NCBI GenBank assembly: GCA_002633005.1
Contig: NMRA01000074.1
Span: forward strand, 638,835-702,834
Source: Phoronis australis
Lineage: Eukaryota > Animalia > Phoronida
Direction of reading: 5' to 3'
Length of the DNA: 64,000 bases
Shown here: one piece after another, positions 13,290 through 25,370 of the stretch
Layout of the letters: each line of letters begins with the position of its first letter
Numbering within the stretch: position 1 is the first letter of the stretch
Program-made: the position numbers and the translations under genes
Notes under the pieces: generated by a model
The model's database searches: none
What the model saw: only the letters and a program-made list of their open reading frames with translations
What the model was told of the DNA's origin: nothing

Positions 13290-13985
13290 TGTTTATGCAT
13301 TGTCATCCACGACGGTTGGTGTCTGGTAAATATAGCTGAAGCCTAATTGTTCTTGAATGTAGTTGTGCACTCCATTTTCTTTCACCCAGAAACCTATATT
13401 TATTCCCGTGGCTAAAATGTAATTGGCTTTAAGAACGTTGAGGTACCGGCATGGAAGTGTATCGATAGCAGTCCCTCGTTTTCGCACATGGGAGGTTTAA
13501 GAGCAAGGAGATGTCATGGTAGGCCCAGCTTTTTTCGAGGTGAAAAAGACCGAGTTTGTTTGGTGTCTTAGCGAAGAAACCAAAAATGTTTTTATTTTTT
13601 GTAGACGTCGCACATTTCGTGATTAATGATGTCGTCAATTGCTCGTGCCGAAATAGGTATGCAGGCGCTGTCTGTATCCATGGCGCTGTATTGGAAGTCT
13701 GCTCAGTCCACGAATTACTGTACAAAATCGTAGCAGAATTACATGTTTACAATGCGCAGTTTCGTATACTTGTATTTGAATCGGTAAATCAAAAGTTTGG
13801 GATGTCCTTTATCTTTTCAATTTCAAAAACGACGTCGTCGATATAAGGTCAATTTCAAAAACGACGTCGTCGATATAAGTTACCGTGACGGAACCGCGGA
13901 TACTTTGGGCGCGGCTTGATGCCCTCTGCTAAAGAACATGGCCCGATGCCTTTCCGCGATTGTAACTGTTTCACCATAGGTTGGA
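13290..13985 (-). pseudogene. Decayed protein-primed family B DNA polymerase fragment, Polinton/Maverick/adintovirus type
   Basis: Minus-strand pieces in the expected order: TYGETVTIAERHR (the YGK motif-B region), IDDVVFEIEK, KYTKLRIV..FCYDFVQ*FVD*ADFQYSAMDTDSACIPISARAIDDIINHEM (DTDS catalytic motif), KHFWFLR, LGLFHLE and GINIGFWVKENGVHNYIQEQLGFSYIY. Many stops and frameshifts. Confidence 0.8.
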
Positions 13986-15229
13986 AGAAATGGCAACAGG
14001 CGATACAGCTGTACAAATACATGTAGCCATTCTGGAGAATAAACGGAAAACTTGTTGCGAACACAATTATTATATCGGCATTATAATGACTCATCAATTT
14101 CGAGTATAATTCATTTTCCAGATTTCCCTATAGTTCTATGGTTTGGGCAATGATGGCTATGTTTTGGTCTCGATCACCTTTCCGCCTGGCGTCGCTCGCG
14201 GCGTCACCAAATTGTTGGACACGCGCTCGTTTGAGACTCGACAACTTCATAAATACTATTATTAACTTTCATTTTCCAAAACGCATTACTCTAAACATTG
14301 TGCCGTATTAGCTATTTATGTACACGTACATGTAGAAATTAAAAATGAGTCATTATGACTTAATTTGACAACTGGAAAGTGTGTAGGTGGAAAATATTTC
14401 TTTAAACATGACGTGAACTTACATAGGCGAAGGGAAGGGGGTCGTAACGGACTTCGCCTGTGTTAAAATTCATTTCAGTTTTCTATTTGACACCCCTGTT
14501 CATTTCAAGGTAGGCCAACCCCTGGCTAATGCTACTCATCCTCTGACACCAACAGTTCCGTGTTTGCCCCCTTCCAAGCCAGTGGCCACGTACATGTAGT
14601 TCTGTTGGCGCTGGCTCTAAAAATATGGTTAACATTATGGTATGTATTGGACATTGTAGCGTAGGCGAGGATTAGTGCAACATCGAATCAATCTTTTTGC
14701 CCAACTTGTTCTTTCTGTTGGCATCCAAATCGGCTATTATTGGATGGTGCTACACCTTTCCTGCATCCACCAGAAGTCACGCCTCTGATCTTTTGAACAT
14801 GTGCAAAAGATTTTTTCCGAATTGTGTCTTCTATTTTCCGTCTGTAAATTTCGAGGTCAACTGTGCACAGAGGCCTTGCGTATAAATAATTAGAATCAAA
14901 TCAAATCAAGCACATGTTGGAAGTTTTGGTTATCGTTGGGAAACACAAAACGTACTTGCACTTCTGTATTGAACTACGGCAAGATTCCTGACATATAAAC
15001 AAAAGCTCATGATAATATCGATTATTTTTATATTTAATAAGTTCAAAAATAAATAAATTAATAAATAATTAGACAAACAAAAAGTCAACAAACCAAGTGT
15101 GACCAAAACTATGACTTGGCGTATTACTGGACTTACTGACGGCACTACCTCTTGTAGTCATCAGCAAGAATAACCTCATTTACACGTATAGTAGCTCTTT
15201 CTGACGTTATTAATTACTTATTGCGATTT

Positions 15230-18200
15230 TTAGAAATCCTTAAATTCGTCCTCGGGCATAGACTCGAACCCTTCACCGGCACCAGCGCTAGGTGTCAGAA
15301 GCTGTGCCGTCTCAGCACCCTTGACAGGAGGCTCGGGCTGCGCCATTGTCTCCTGAAAAAGACCAAACTTTTGTCGCTCATAACCCAATAGAAAGTCGGA
15401 TATGATTTTTCGATACCATCTATTGGTATACATAGACAGGAAGACAAGTGAAGATCTTTAGCTTCTACCAATTACGAAGACATAGTACGGAATTATCAGA
15501 CAACTAAGAAAACATTTCGCAAACGGAAATAAAACCACATATTCGTTCATTTTACTTGCGGATTTAGCGCGAGGGAGAAAGGCCAGCCACATTTTCGGAG
15601 GACAAGCGTTCGGTATGTCAATAAACGTTTTCCCACCAAAAACGTGTCGCGAGAAATGAGCATTTCCATCGGTGCGTATAACGAGGTACTGGACAAGCGT
15701 CGGCACACATTAGAGAAAAGTATTTGCAGAGGATTTGGGGTCAAGGATTAGAAAACATTCCGCCTGTCACTTCTATGATAACACACAAAAATTGTAAGGG
15801 TATAGAAAACATTTTGTGGGAAGTTTTTGCGGTTAATTGCCGGACATTACAAACCTAACAAATTCCCACCCCAACATTTTGCCACTGACTGCCAACCTCC
15901 CTGTCAAGCCCATTCTTAGAAATGCGAAAGCGTCGTTATTCCAATGACAGGTTGGTTGGGACTCATTTAAACTATCACAAAAATCTGTTAAAACTGCCTC
16001 TTGTGGGCCATTTCCCCCGTCATTTTAAATTTACTGTTATCTAAAAAACTGCCCCAGCTTGTTTAAATGTAGATCAGAATCTGTTGCTACATTGGCGTCA
16101 TTGTGACATGGTTGTGGTTGGATTTGTGCAGCCCGGTTTATTGGGACCTGCACATGTACATGTAAATCTGATTATGCATTTTACTCTATTCTTTTATGCA
16201 ATAGTTTAAATAAAAGTTACGTCGGTGGAGTATCACGTACTTGTACAGTGTCCAGTACCTGGATGCATGAAGCAGTCCCAAATAGGGACTCAACTAAATT
16301 CCTTAAATTTACCGACTACAGTGTATGTGTGGGCTTGTGAAAACACTGCTTGTCCTTTCGTAGTGTGTATGACTCTCATTAGTAATTCAATTTTTGGCTC
16401 TCAATTGATTCAAATCAGAGTGAACGCTACATTTGGAGAATTCTCAATATTAACGGAAATAAGCAGGGGTCACTTCATGCAATGTTCCTACATGTACATG
16501 TAATTTAAGGACTAATTCCCTAATTATGTTGATTAAATTAATGGCTCAATTTTAGTTACGTTACTTTAAAATGTCATTGGTCAAACAGGAGCTCACTGAC
16601 AGAATGACAGAAAATATAACATCTGTGAGTAAATAACACACCAAATTCGCACAGGATTTATGGACATACTTGATTCCCTATTCGGGACTGTTTCATGCAA
16701 CCAGCCACGATTATTCAGATAATCTTTTCCACTGAAGGCAAAGCTACACGAGGTGATTTTAGCTTTAAGTACGTTGTGTATTCAGAGGTACAAAGAGGCC
16801 AGTCCGGTTTGGTTGCGTGAAACTTTTCATAATTTCGGACGCGGGTTGCTGCAGACGCAATTTTCGACAGGCTAAGAAAAGGAAACAAACCTTCAACTTC
16901 TCATAAAACGCTTCCTTCATCTCTGCCTTTTCTTGTCGCTTCCTGTGAAAAAGTGTTACTAAAATATGAACCTGGTAGCGCCGTGTTGCGGATGATGTAC
17001 TGTAGAGTACTAATTAACTCATGTATACAATCTGGTCTTACTTTATAATTATCGTCGCGCGCAGTTCACAACCAAGTTTCTCTTATATAGAAAAGCACAG
17101 TATTCAGACCTGTCAGAAGAACCACAGAACGTAACACTCATGGGCCAATAGAGAAAGTCGCCGACGTCACGTGAAAAACACATGACTGGTTATCGTCTGC
17201 AATGTTGTGCTCCTATCCTCAATGATACCCACTCAATTGTGCTCACACTTGACCACTTTGTATTAGTGCGATTACTGATATCCCAAAGAATCTCCAAATA
17301 AACCTGATATATTTCAAATTAAAGTCGCACACATGCTCTACAATTCGTTAAAGAGTAGTGTGGTGAAGCGGTGTGATATTTTCCTCCCAATTTGGGACAA
17401 CCCAGTTTAAATCCTAGGTATGAAAAGAAAGACAACTGAGTATACCGTTGAATTAGGACTTTCGTGAAGTGGATGGGCAAAACGAGTGAACGCAAATCTG
17501 GATATATACACGTATATAACACTTCATAAAGCAACTTCAACGGTTGTTTCTTGACGTTAATTTTACAAAATATTAGCACTTTACGTACACGCAAAAAAGT
17601 ATCGTGCCGACGGCAGACACTGAGAGAATGGCACACATGCCCACAATGACGCCGATGATCAAACTCGTGTTGTCATCTTCCTCCATCGTGACAGGTGCGG
17701 TTTCTTCCTTGAAAATGGCGGTCTCTTCATCTGCGGTTCGCACTGGAAGGGAAAAACACCCCTGCGACGTGAACACGCGAGGGGAACATAATATGGATAC
17801 GACGCGTCTCGTTACAAATGTTGCAGATGGCGTCCATATCAAGCTAACAATCGGGTTTCTGACATAGGACTATGGACATGCTTCATGAGATGGATTCCTG
17901 CACGGTCACACGTATTTTGAAATTTGCGTTTACTGAGTTTCAAGTACCTCCCACATACTGACGTTTATACCGAACTGGGGATAGGATTTTAAAATAGCAT
18001 TTCCTATTATGGGTATTTCACTTGGTTCAGCAGCCTGATACATGAAGCTGTTGAAAGTAGTGATGATGATGGTGATGGTGATGATGACGGTATTGATTAT
18101 GATGGGGATGATAATAAGGATAAGGGCGATATTGGTGGAGGTGAGTTTGATGATGGTGATGTTGGAAGCCAAGATGATTATGATGATGATGATGACGATG

Positions 18201-21200
18201 ATGATGATTACGATGATGATGATGATGATGATGATGAAGATGTTGGTGATGATGTTGGGGATGGTAATGATGGTGGCATTGATAATGATGGAGATGAAAG
18301 TAACGATGATGGCGATATTGGTGGAGGTGAGATTGATGATGGTGATGTTGGAAGCCGGTGATGATGATAAGGTTGATGATGATGATGATGATGATGATGA
18401 TGACGGTGATGATGATGATGGTGTTCATTATGATGGGGATGATGATAATGACGATGGCGATACTGGTGGAGGTGAGTTTGATGATGGTGATGTTGGAAGC
18501 GGGTGATGATGATGCGGGTGATGATGATGATGATGATGGGGTTGATGATAACGATGATGGCGATATTGGTGGAGGTGAGTTTGATGATGGTGATGTTTGA
18601 AGCGACGATGTTGATGGTGATGGCAATGATAAGGACATGATGATCGATAATAATATCAAGGATGTTCATGAATTACGGAAACTCTGATGTTGCCAGGCAA
18701 CAACATGTTTTGCGGTGAATGAGATTGGAAGTCATATGCAAGCCCATCCCAATGGTTTACCGAAACACCGGTACGTCTGGCCTGGTATGTCCTCGCAGTC
18801 CTTGGACGGTAAGCAAGGTACCTCGGCACAAGAGGTTTTCCTCATTTGGCATACGACACCGGTCCACTCGTGGTGGCACTTGCACTTGAAACCAGTAGGA
18901 GTATCCTGAAATTAATTGAACAGCAATTTACGGACTTCTGGTTGTAGCTGTTGACAAAAGCAACACTCCGTTAAAATCAACTGCATGAGTTTTGTAAAGA
19001 ATCAATAACATGTACTTTTGTCACGAACCGTGCAGGTAGCTCCGTTCAGACAAGGCTTCATTTCACAAGACGACGCTTCCTTGCACTGAGGCCCGGAAAA
19101 GCCAAGAAGACATGAACAGGAGAAGGCCTTGCCACGCTGGTTGAGTGTCGCCAGTGCCAGACATATTCCGTCGTTAGCGCAAGGGTCTTCGGCACAAGGT
19201 TCTTTCTTTTTGTCGCAGAACTTCCCTAAAACAACGGGCTAATCAGGTGACGTTTAACATGTGTATACACTGTATACATATATACCAAAAACTTCAATAT
19301 GAAAGACGACGATTTGCTTTATAAACTTGGAAGCATTTTCAGGTGATCACAGACAAAACACCGAGCGTCAAGATAGGAATTGCAGTATACCACGAGATGG
19401 TTCGTTGGTTTGTTACTAAACCTAATGTGGACAAACACTGATGCTGTCACAAGATTTTTTAGATTTTCTTACAATTCGTTTTCTTCCTTTCTATTGTTTT
19501 GTGTAATTTATCCCTGAATCCACGTGACATGAGAACATCCTATTATAATTGTCAGTCTTGATTGATTATTTATTGACATTTTGTATGTAGATTAAGGCAT
19601 ACGGGTAAATCATGGAAGATAACGTTACAAGCGTACCTTCATACAGCGCTGGACATAAACACTGGAACCTTTCTGAGCTGTCATAAGGCAATCCGTTCTC
19701 ATTTTCGATATTATGGAGCAAGCTAAGATCTTTACCTTTCACACAGGAACCTGTTAAAAACAATGTGGCTATTTTCACATATCTCAATGAACTATCGGAA
19801 CCTTACAACTATTCACGTTAAAGTACACTTCGCGTTGTCAGATGGTTTTACATCTGCGAAATAATAGTTAATATTCAAGTGTTAAATATTATCCTACAGT
19901 AGTTTTCAAAAGAAGCCAGACATACTTCAAAACATAGACGAATATCTTGTAGGATTATTTTTTTGTCGTAATAAGACGTCATTTTGGTGACGTTTAGTGA
20001 ATGTTTAAAGTGTCGTTATTGGGTCCACACGATGTTTTTCTTTGTATATGAACTTGCAAGGCAAGGCAAGTTGTCGTTGGAGCAACACCTGTTGATAACT
20101 ACGTGTATGTCAAAACTGAACCCGAATTGAAACGTGATCTCGTAAAACAGAAATGCACATTTTATCACAATTATGTGCTTCAGATCTCGCCGTTGACGTG
20201 TATACTTTGAAAATCACTGTATTTTAGCAAACTAACAGCACATCTAGCAATGGCAAGCAAGGAACATTAGTTTACCCGACTTGTGATCTGAATGTTCTAT
20301 GTCATCAACATTCATGACATGACTATCGTGGGATGCTCTGGCTCAAACAGATAGGGCCGTTATACAATATCCCCGCTGTTCATCTGATTCACGCAAAACT
20401 TCCGAAATCGTAAAATGCTCTGAATGAGACATACATGTACTAACAGCGTTTTGTTCTCGTAAATCACAGGGATCAAACAGTCGCTTTTATGATCGCACGA
20501 GACACTAGAGTTCCATTTTGGGAGTTTCATTAATAAAAGTTGCATGTGCGGAAGATGCAGTTATAGCAACCGAGCAGACAATATTTCAGTTTTTGCGTTT
20601 CCAGAAACCGCAAGATCGCTCAAAAATGGCAAAAGTTCGTGGTCAGACACGGGCATGGCAGGACACGGTGGAGCAAGCGATCAGTTCAGAGGCCACGCTA
20701 CGCTCCGCCCATGTTGAAGAATCGTGCTTTGATCTGTCGCAGAAAGGGAGATTTGATGAACATTTCTCCAACGTGTAAGAGCATTCCATGCACGGTGTTG
20801 TACCATTTCTGGGAACGTAATTGTCAAGCATACATGTATATTGGGCATGAGCCTCAAATTGTCAAATTGTGACTGAGATTATGAATGAGATTGCAGTAAG
20901 TTTACATCAGTCTATTCTTTTTCAAGATTTTTTGGGAATGCATGCTATCTAATGCCCAATCATGGGCGGCGCACCATTAGGCGCTGGGGGGACTTTGGGA
21001 TAGCCCTCATTTACTTAAGTGCTGCGCCGCCCATGGTCTATGGGCGGTGCACCACAGGGGGACTAGGGGGGCGGGCTATAGCCCCACTTTTTTGAGTGCT
21101 GCGCCGCCGATGCCAATAAGAGAAAATATGATGTAGCTGCCACGCAAAAAGTTTGATGTCACGACCGCAATCGGCACACTGAGGCTGGAATCGGACACTG

Positions 21201-23854
21201 GACCAAAATATTTATCGACGAATTACATCGGTACAAAAGATTTCATAATTTTGGAACAAACACGACAGAAAATAGTATCTTTCACCAGAAATAACATTCA
21301 GTTAGCACCACAATAATTATATATGATCGTTACTGACAAAGGCACTCGGCATTTGAAGAAATGACACTACTATTGCTATTCGCGACTGGGCTTTGACAGT
21401 CCCGGTAAAAACTTCAATTAGATCGACAGTTCGAGCACGTAGTACTCGACTTTAAAGTCTTCAGAAAATTAAATCATAATTCAATAAAAGGCTTTAATCA
21501 CCACTTTTTCCACAGACTGAGTAGGCTAAGACTCGGTATCACTAGTTGAAGACGCCGGTGCGGGATGGTCGAGTTCGAGTGGCCTCAAACACGCAAAATC
21601 TGCTGATATGGAGAGGACTAACTTTTTACCTCTTTCACCTATGGCCTGAGCGTCGTCTTCACCCCATCGCCGTAACTGTCTGCATAACACTCGTCAAGCT
21701 CGCTTGCTAAATCTTCGTAACTTACAAATCCACAGTTGTTCACCTTTGCACGTACACTGTATACTGTCAACTGAACAAACTCTTCCACTGATGCCATCAC
21801 GTGGCGGTAAACCAAAAAATCCTTATACTTCCATTAAAATTCAAAATTTAATTATTTCCCAGTGTAGGTGATTCTTTCGTTAGCTGTCGTGTTATAAATC
21901 TATTACACAAATGGTCTAAAACTTAAGGAAGTGCAAAACCCATTGTACGAACGCCTTAAGTAAACCTTTCCACAAACGCTGCCTGTAGCTACAGGTACAT
22001 GCTGTTTCAAAGACAACGATCCACTCACCGCCATTATGACACGGTTCGCCTTCACACCAGTCGATTTTGTTTTCACAGTGTATTCCCTCGAAGCCAAAGC
22101 GACAACTGCATCTAAAGATGGACAGAAAATACACCAATGATAACTGCAAGTTACTTTGGTAAAAATGTCCCGTGACAAATGGAAAGAACATAGCCAAGAT
22201 TTGCGCCCCCCCCAAAAAAAGCACTTGATGACAAAGAAATTGTCTGGTATATAATAGTTGATTAACTCCCCGTTAACGCCTATTGTGTGGCCAACTGTCT
22301 ACTACTAGCTAGGTATCAAACACTCTAGAGAGCAATAGTCTAGGGAGGTTCTTATCCCAGGAGGACAGTCTGGGCTTCACAGTTGAGATCGGGGGCAAAT
22401 TTAAATGTTCTGATATGTTTCCCTATTTTAATATGAATTTGGAATGTATCAGTAAATGTCAAGTGACCATAAACATGGGTGGCGCACCATTGGGGGCTGA
22501 GGGGGACTTTTTTCATTGCTGCGCCAACCAGGGTCTATGGACGGTTCACCGCAGAGGGGCTGGGGGGCTATAGCACTACTTTTTTCAGTGCTACGCCGCC
22601 CATGAGTAAATTGAGGCTTATGTGTTTGGTGTCAATTTCGATCTGATTATACTCTGCACGGATTGGTGATTACTGACGTGATTTTAAAACGTCGGTTAAC
22701 AAAGCGTATGATCCCAGTAACAGTTTGCCTCGTGGCATTTCATACGGCTCAAACATGATGGACTATCAATTGGCTGATAGGCTCGTCAAATGAAACCCTA
22801 AGCTCTAGACAGGATACAGTAGTTTATAATTTGGAATTTTTTAGATACGGGTCACGGTTGAGGCCAAATACAGTTGTAGCTCCGGGGTATAAATGAGGTT
22901 TTGTGTTCCTCCTTTGATACAACCCTACCCTACAGTGAAATGTTGACTGCCACGCTGGCCCTGTTATTGCCCTAACTGCTCATTAAATGAGGACAGTGGG
23001 GCGTTGGTGGTCAGGGTAGCTTTCCGAGGACCAACAAAGTGTTTTGGGAGAAAAACGAAGTCAAACAAGACCACTCGAGTGAAAGGCGAATTTTTCACGA
23101 TACATTTACATGTACCTTGCAAAATGGCAGCCACTGATGTGGTCTACACGTACAAAGGTTTATCGGTATTTGGTACAGGTCATGGCAAAGCTTGGCAATA
23201 ATATCATAAAAAACGCCTTTAAACTTACAAAAACGTAACACGAGCTGTTACGTGACATGTGCCGTTGTTTTTGCATGGGTTCGACTTTGGATTACAAACG
23301 TTGAGCGTCGTTGCACAAGTGTTGTCGGTGAATCCGTCCGGACACCGGCAGTGGAAAGAGTCGAAAACTTTTCCGCACGTGCCTCCGTTCTTACACGGGT
23401 GACTGTCGCAGGCATTGATTTCTTCTTCGCAATACCCTCCTTTATACCCTCTTTGGCAAGTGCACGAATACGAGAACGACCCATCCGCATTCCTCACGCA
23501 AGAGGCACCGTTTGCACACTTATGATTTTTGCACGGATCTCGATTCAGCTCACAGTGGATTCCTTCGAACATCTCAGGACAAACACACCGATAAGAAATT
23601 ACTGAACTGTTGCGAGCACGCGAGCAAGTGGCCCCATTGACACACGGATGTGAGGTGCACGGGTCCATTTCGCTGTTTCTTCGGACCAAAGTGTGCCTCA
23701 GGACGCTGACGAAGTCATTTTGGATTTCGGTGAGAACATTGTGGAGTGCCGATACTTGCTCAGTGTACAGCAATGAACCAATAACCGTTAAGATGACTAG
23801 AACTTCTGAAATACGAATCGGAACGTATTCTAGATTATATGGATATTCACTCAT
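15230..23854 (-). CDS. Single-pass membrane protein with ~7.5 EGF-like repeats and a short cytoplasmic tail (Notch/Delta-type EGFs, no DSL domain), ~497 aa
   Basis: Minus-strand exons 23854-23229, 22111-22029, 19750-19637, 19225-19029, 18905-18761, 17742-17589, 16942-16891 and 15352-15230 total 1494 nt in one open frame. Signal-like segment ISEVLVILTVIGSLLYTEQVSA; repeats such as DPCTSHPCVNGATC...YRCVCPEMFEGIHCE; TM SLIIGVIVGMCAILSVSAVGTILFCV followed by KRQEK; tail ends EDEFKDF*. Confidence 0.85.
16259..16704. mobile_element. MITE with ~30-bp TIRs (PIF/Harbinger-like); second partial copy at ~28160-28563
   Basis: CTGGATGCATGAAGCAGTCCCAAATAGGGA is inverted to TCCCTATTCGGGACTGTTTCATGCAACCAG. 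Internal sequence 16473-16650 matches 28168-28350. Confidence 0.7.
18058..18668. repeat. Compound (GAT)n microsatellite with higher-order repeat units, intronic
   Basis: Long GAT/GGT runs are interrupted four times (~18125, 18311, 18456, 18559) by GGCGATATTGGTGGAGGTGAGTTTGATGATGGTGATGTTGGAAGC-like units. Confidence 0.95.
20280..20810. mobile_element. Decayed THAP-domain transposon end with a divergent PYLFEPE ORF start (KolobokP-like)
   Basis: The + strand at 20530-20810 reads SCMCGRCSYSNRADNISVFAFP / KWQKFVVRHG / ATLRSAHVEESCFD / GVVPFL. These are the THAP C-x-C, FxFP, W, LCSxHF and AVP motifs, broken by frameshifts. The - strand from 20383 reads MNSGDIV*RPYLFEPEH. Confidence 0.6.
20961..21112. 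mobile_element. MITE family A, copy 2
   Basis: CATGGGCGGCGCACCAT...GTGCTGCGCCGCC, with the same internal layout as 8716-8857 in the opposite orientation. Confidence 0.8.
22474..22604. mobile_element. MITE family A, copy 3
   Basis: CATGGGTGGCGCACCAT...TACGCCGCCCATG. Confidence 0.8.
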
Positions 23855-24404
23855 GTTCTCAACAGGCCTACCTCGGCGACATAAATCTTCCCATGAATTT
23901 GTTGGAGTAATAAATGGTCGTGTCGTCCACCTATGGGTGATAATTATCGAAATGTTATAGGGCACGCCAGCTTTGTGTAGGCGTAAAAAAACAAACAATC
24001 GGTTCAAATTATCCTATAAAACATTCCGTTAATGATAGACATACAGTAAGGAGGGAACTAAGCAGGGTCTGGGGAGCATCGCAACATACGAGACAAAAAC
24101 GTAGGCTAAGCCCTACTGAACGATTATACGCACGCAAATATTCCTCCAGTAAAGTGACAGTTTAGTGTCATCAATGCGCTCAGAATAAAAATTGTACTCT
24201 CAAAGCCACAAATCAATCCATACATTTTGTCAGAGATTCTCTGCCTTCACTATTCCACACACTCCCTGTCATTGGACCTGATATCTCTTGTTGCATATTC
24301 TTCCCATACCACAGGTGGTCGCTGCTCCCAGCAGTCCTCACCGGTAGCTCTAACTTTTCACCGCGCGGACCTCGCTGGTTCCCTGCGTGCCGCTAATTGG
24401 TCAG

Positions 24405-25236
24405 TAGCCAGCACGCAGGTATCACTTAATTTTTCTCGGGAGTTTTTTACACCGGCGTTTCTGATTGGCTACTCGAATTCTCATCAGGCAGCGCTTTACG
24501 CAAACAAACTGGCATCATAGATACTCAAAAGTCCATGCTGGCATGACTGATGGACTGAAGTCTAAATGTGGTCGGTTGTACAGACAAATCGGTGCTTAAA
24601 ATTTATGTTCAGGAAATGTTATAACGTAAAATTGCCGTGAGGACTTGACAGGGACCTCAGGGGTTTCACACTCCACTGATTTATTCACATTATTTTGAAA
24701 ACCCTTTGCCCAGTCGCACATTGTGTGTCATAAAAGAGATAAGCATACCAGCAGCTGACGCAGCAAGTAGAACTACTCTCGTTTATCACATTGGTGTAGA
24801 CTCACAGTTGAACTATGGTTTTCTGTAGACCCCAGACCGTCCCGAGTTGCACCACATACCAACTCGGGACGGTCTCTCACGACGATTAAGCGTTATGTGA
24901 TTCCTAGAAACTGTGGTTGCGCCTTTTCAAAATGCATCTTTCTACTGTCGATGACTTTTGTTTACGATACTGCCCTGTATTCATACAGCATGAATAACAC
25001 CCCGGTTAAATCGGCCAGATATGTGTTAATTGTACATGTATGTGCTTCACTCACGCGGCTATTAAACATCACTGCAGAAACGAAATAGTTGCTGCGACGC
25101 CACTTGCTTGTCAAGGCTAAAAATCGTACGCAGTCCGCCATTTTTTCACGCTGTTGTAAAGCTAACCAATGACTGCTGAGGTTACATCAACCAACGCTCA
25201 AGCGCGTGACACTGCATGATACCTGCGTGCTGGCTA
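24405..25236. mobile_element. Non-autonomous TIR element with perfect 20-bp inverted ends, upstream of the EGF gene
   Basis: TAGCCAGCACGCAGGTATCA (24405-24424) and its exact reverse complement (25217-25236). Contains a 16-bp-stem palindrome at 24835-24876. No TSD is visible. Confidence 0.6.
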
Positions 25237-25247
25237 GGCACGTAGGC

Positions 25248-25370
25248 AGAGACCTTAGAGAGGGAGACGTTTCAGCTAGCGAAATCCTATTGGACGGCCA
25301 CTGGCGGCCATTGTTGTTCCATGGACCGTAGAGACGTCTAGCGGGTGTGTGTGGGAAAAAAGGAATATGG
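25248..25370 (+). repeat. ~120-bp dispersed direct repeat, second copy at ~26870-26990
   Basis: AGAGACC.TAGA.AGGGAGAC...CTAGCGAAATCC.AT.GGACGGCCACTGG.GG.CATTGTTGTT.CATGGAC.GTAGA.ACGTCTAGCG...AATATGGC occurs twice. Confidence 0.8.

Noticed and set aside
18027-18669. His-, Met-, Asp- or Ile-rich ORFs in the ORF track
   Set aside because: They are by-products of the (GAT)n array. The EGF gene splices cleanly across it (18761 to 17742, phase 1).
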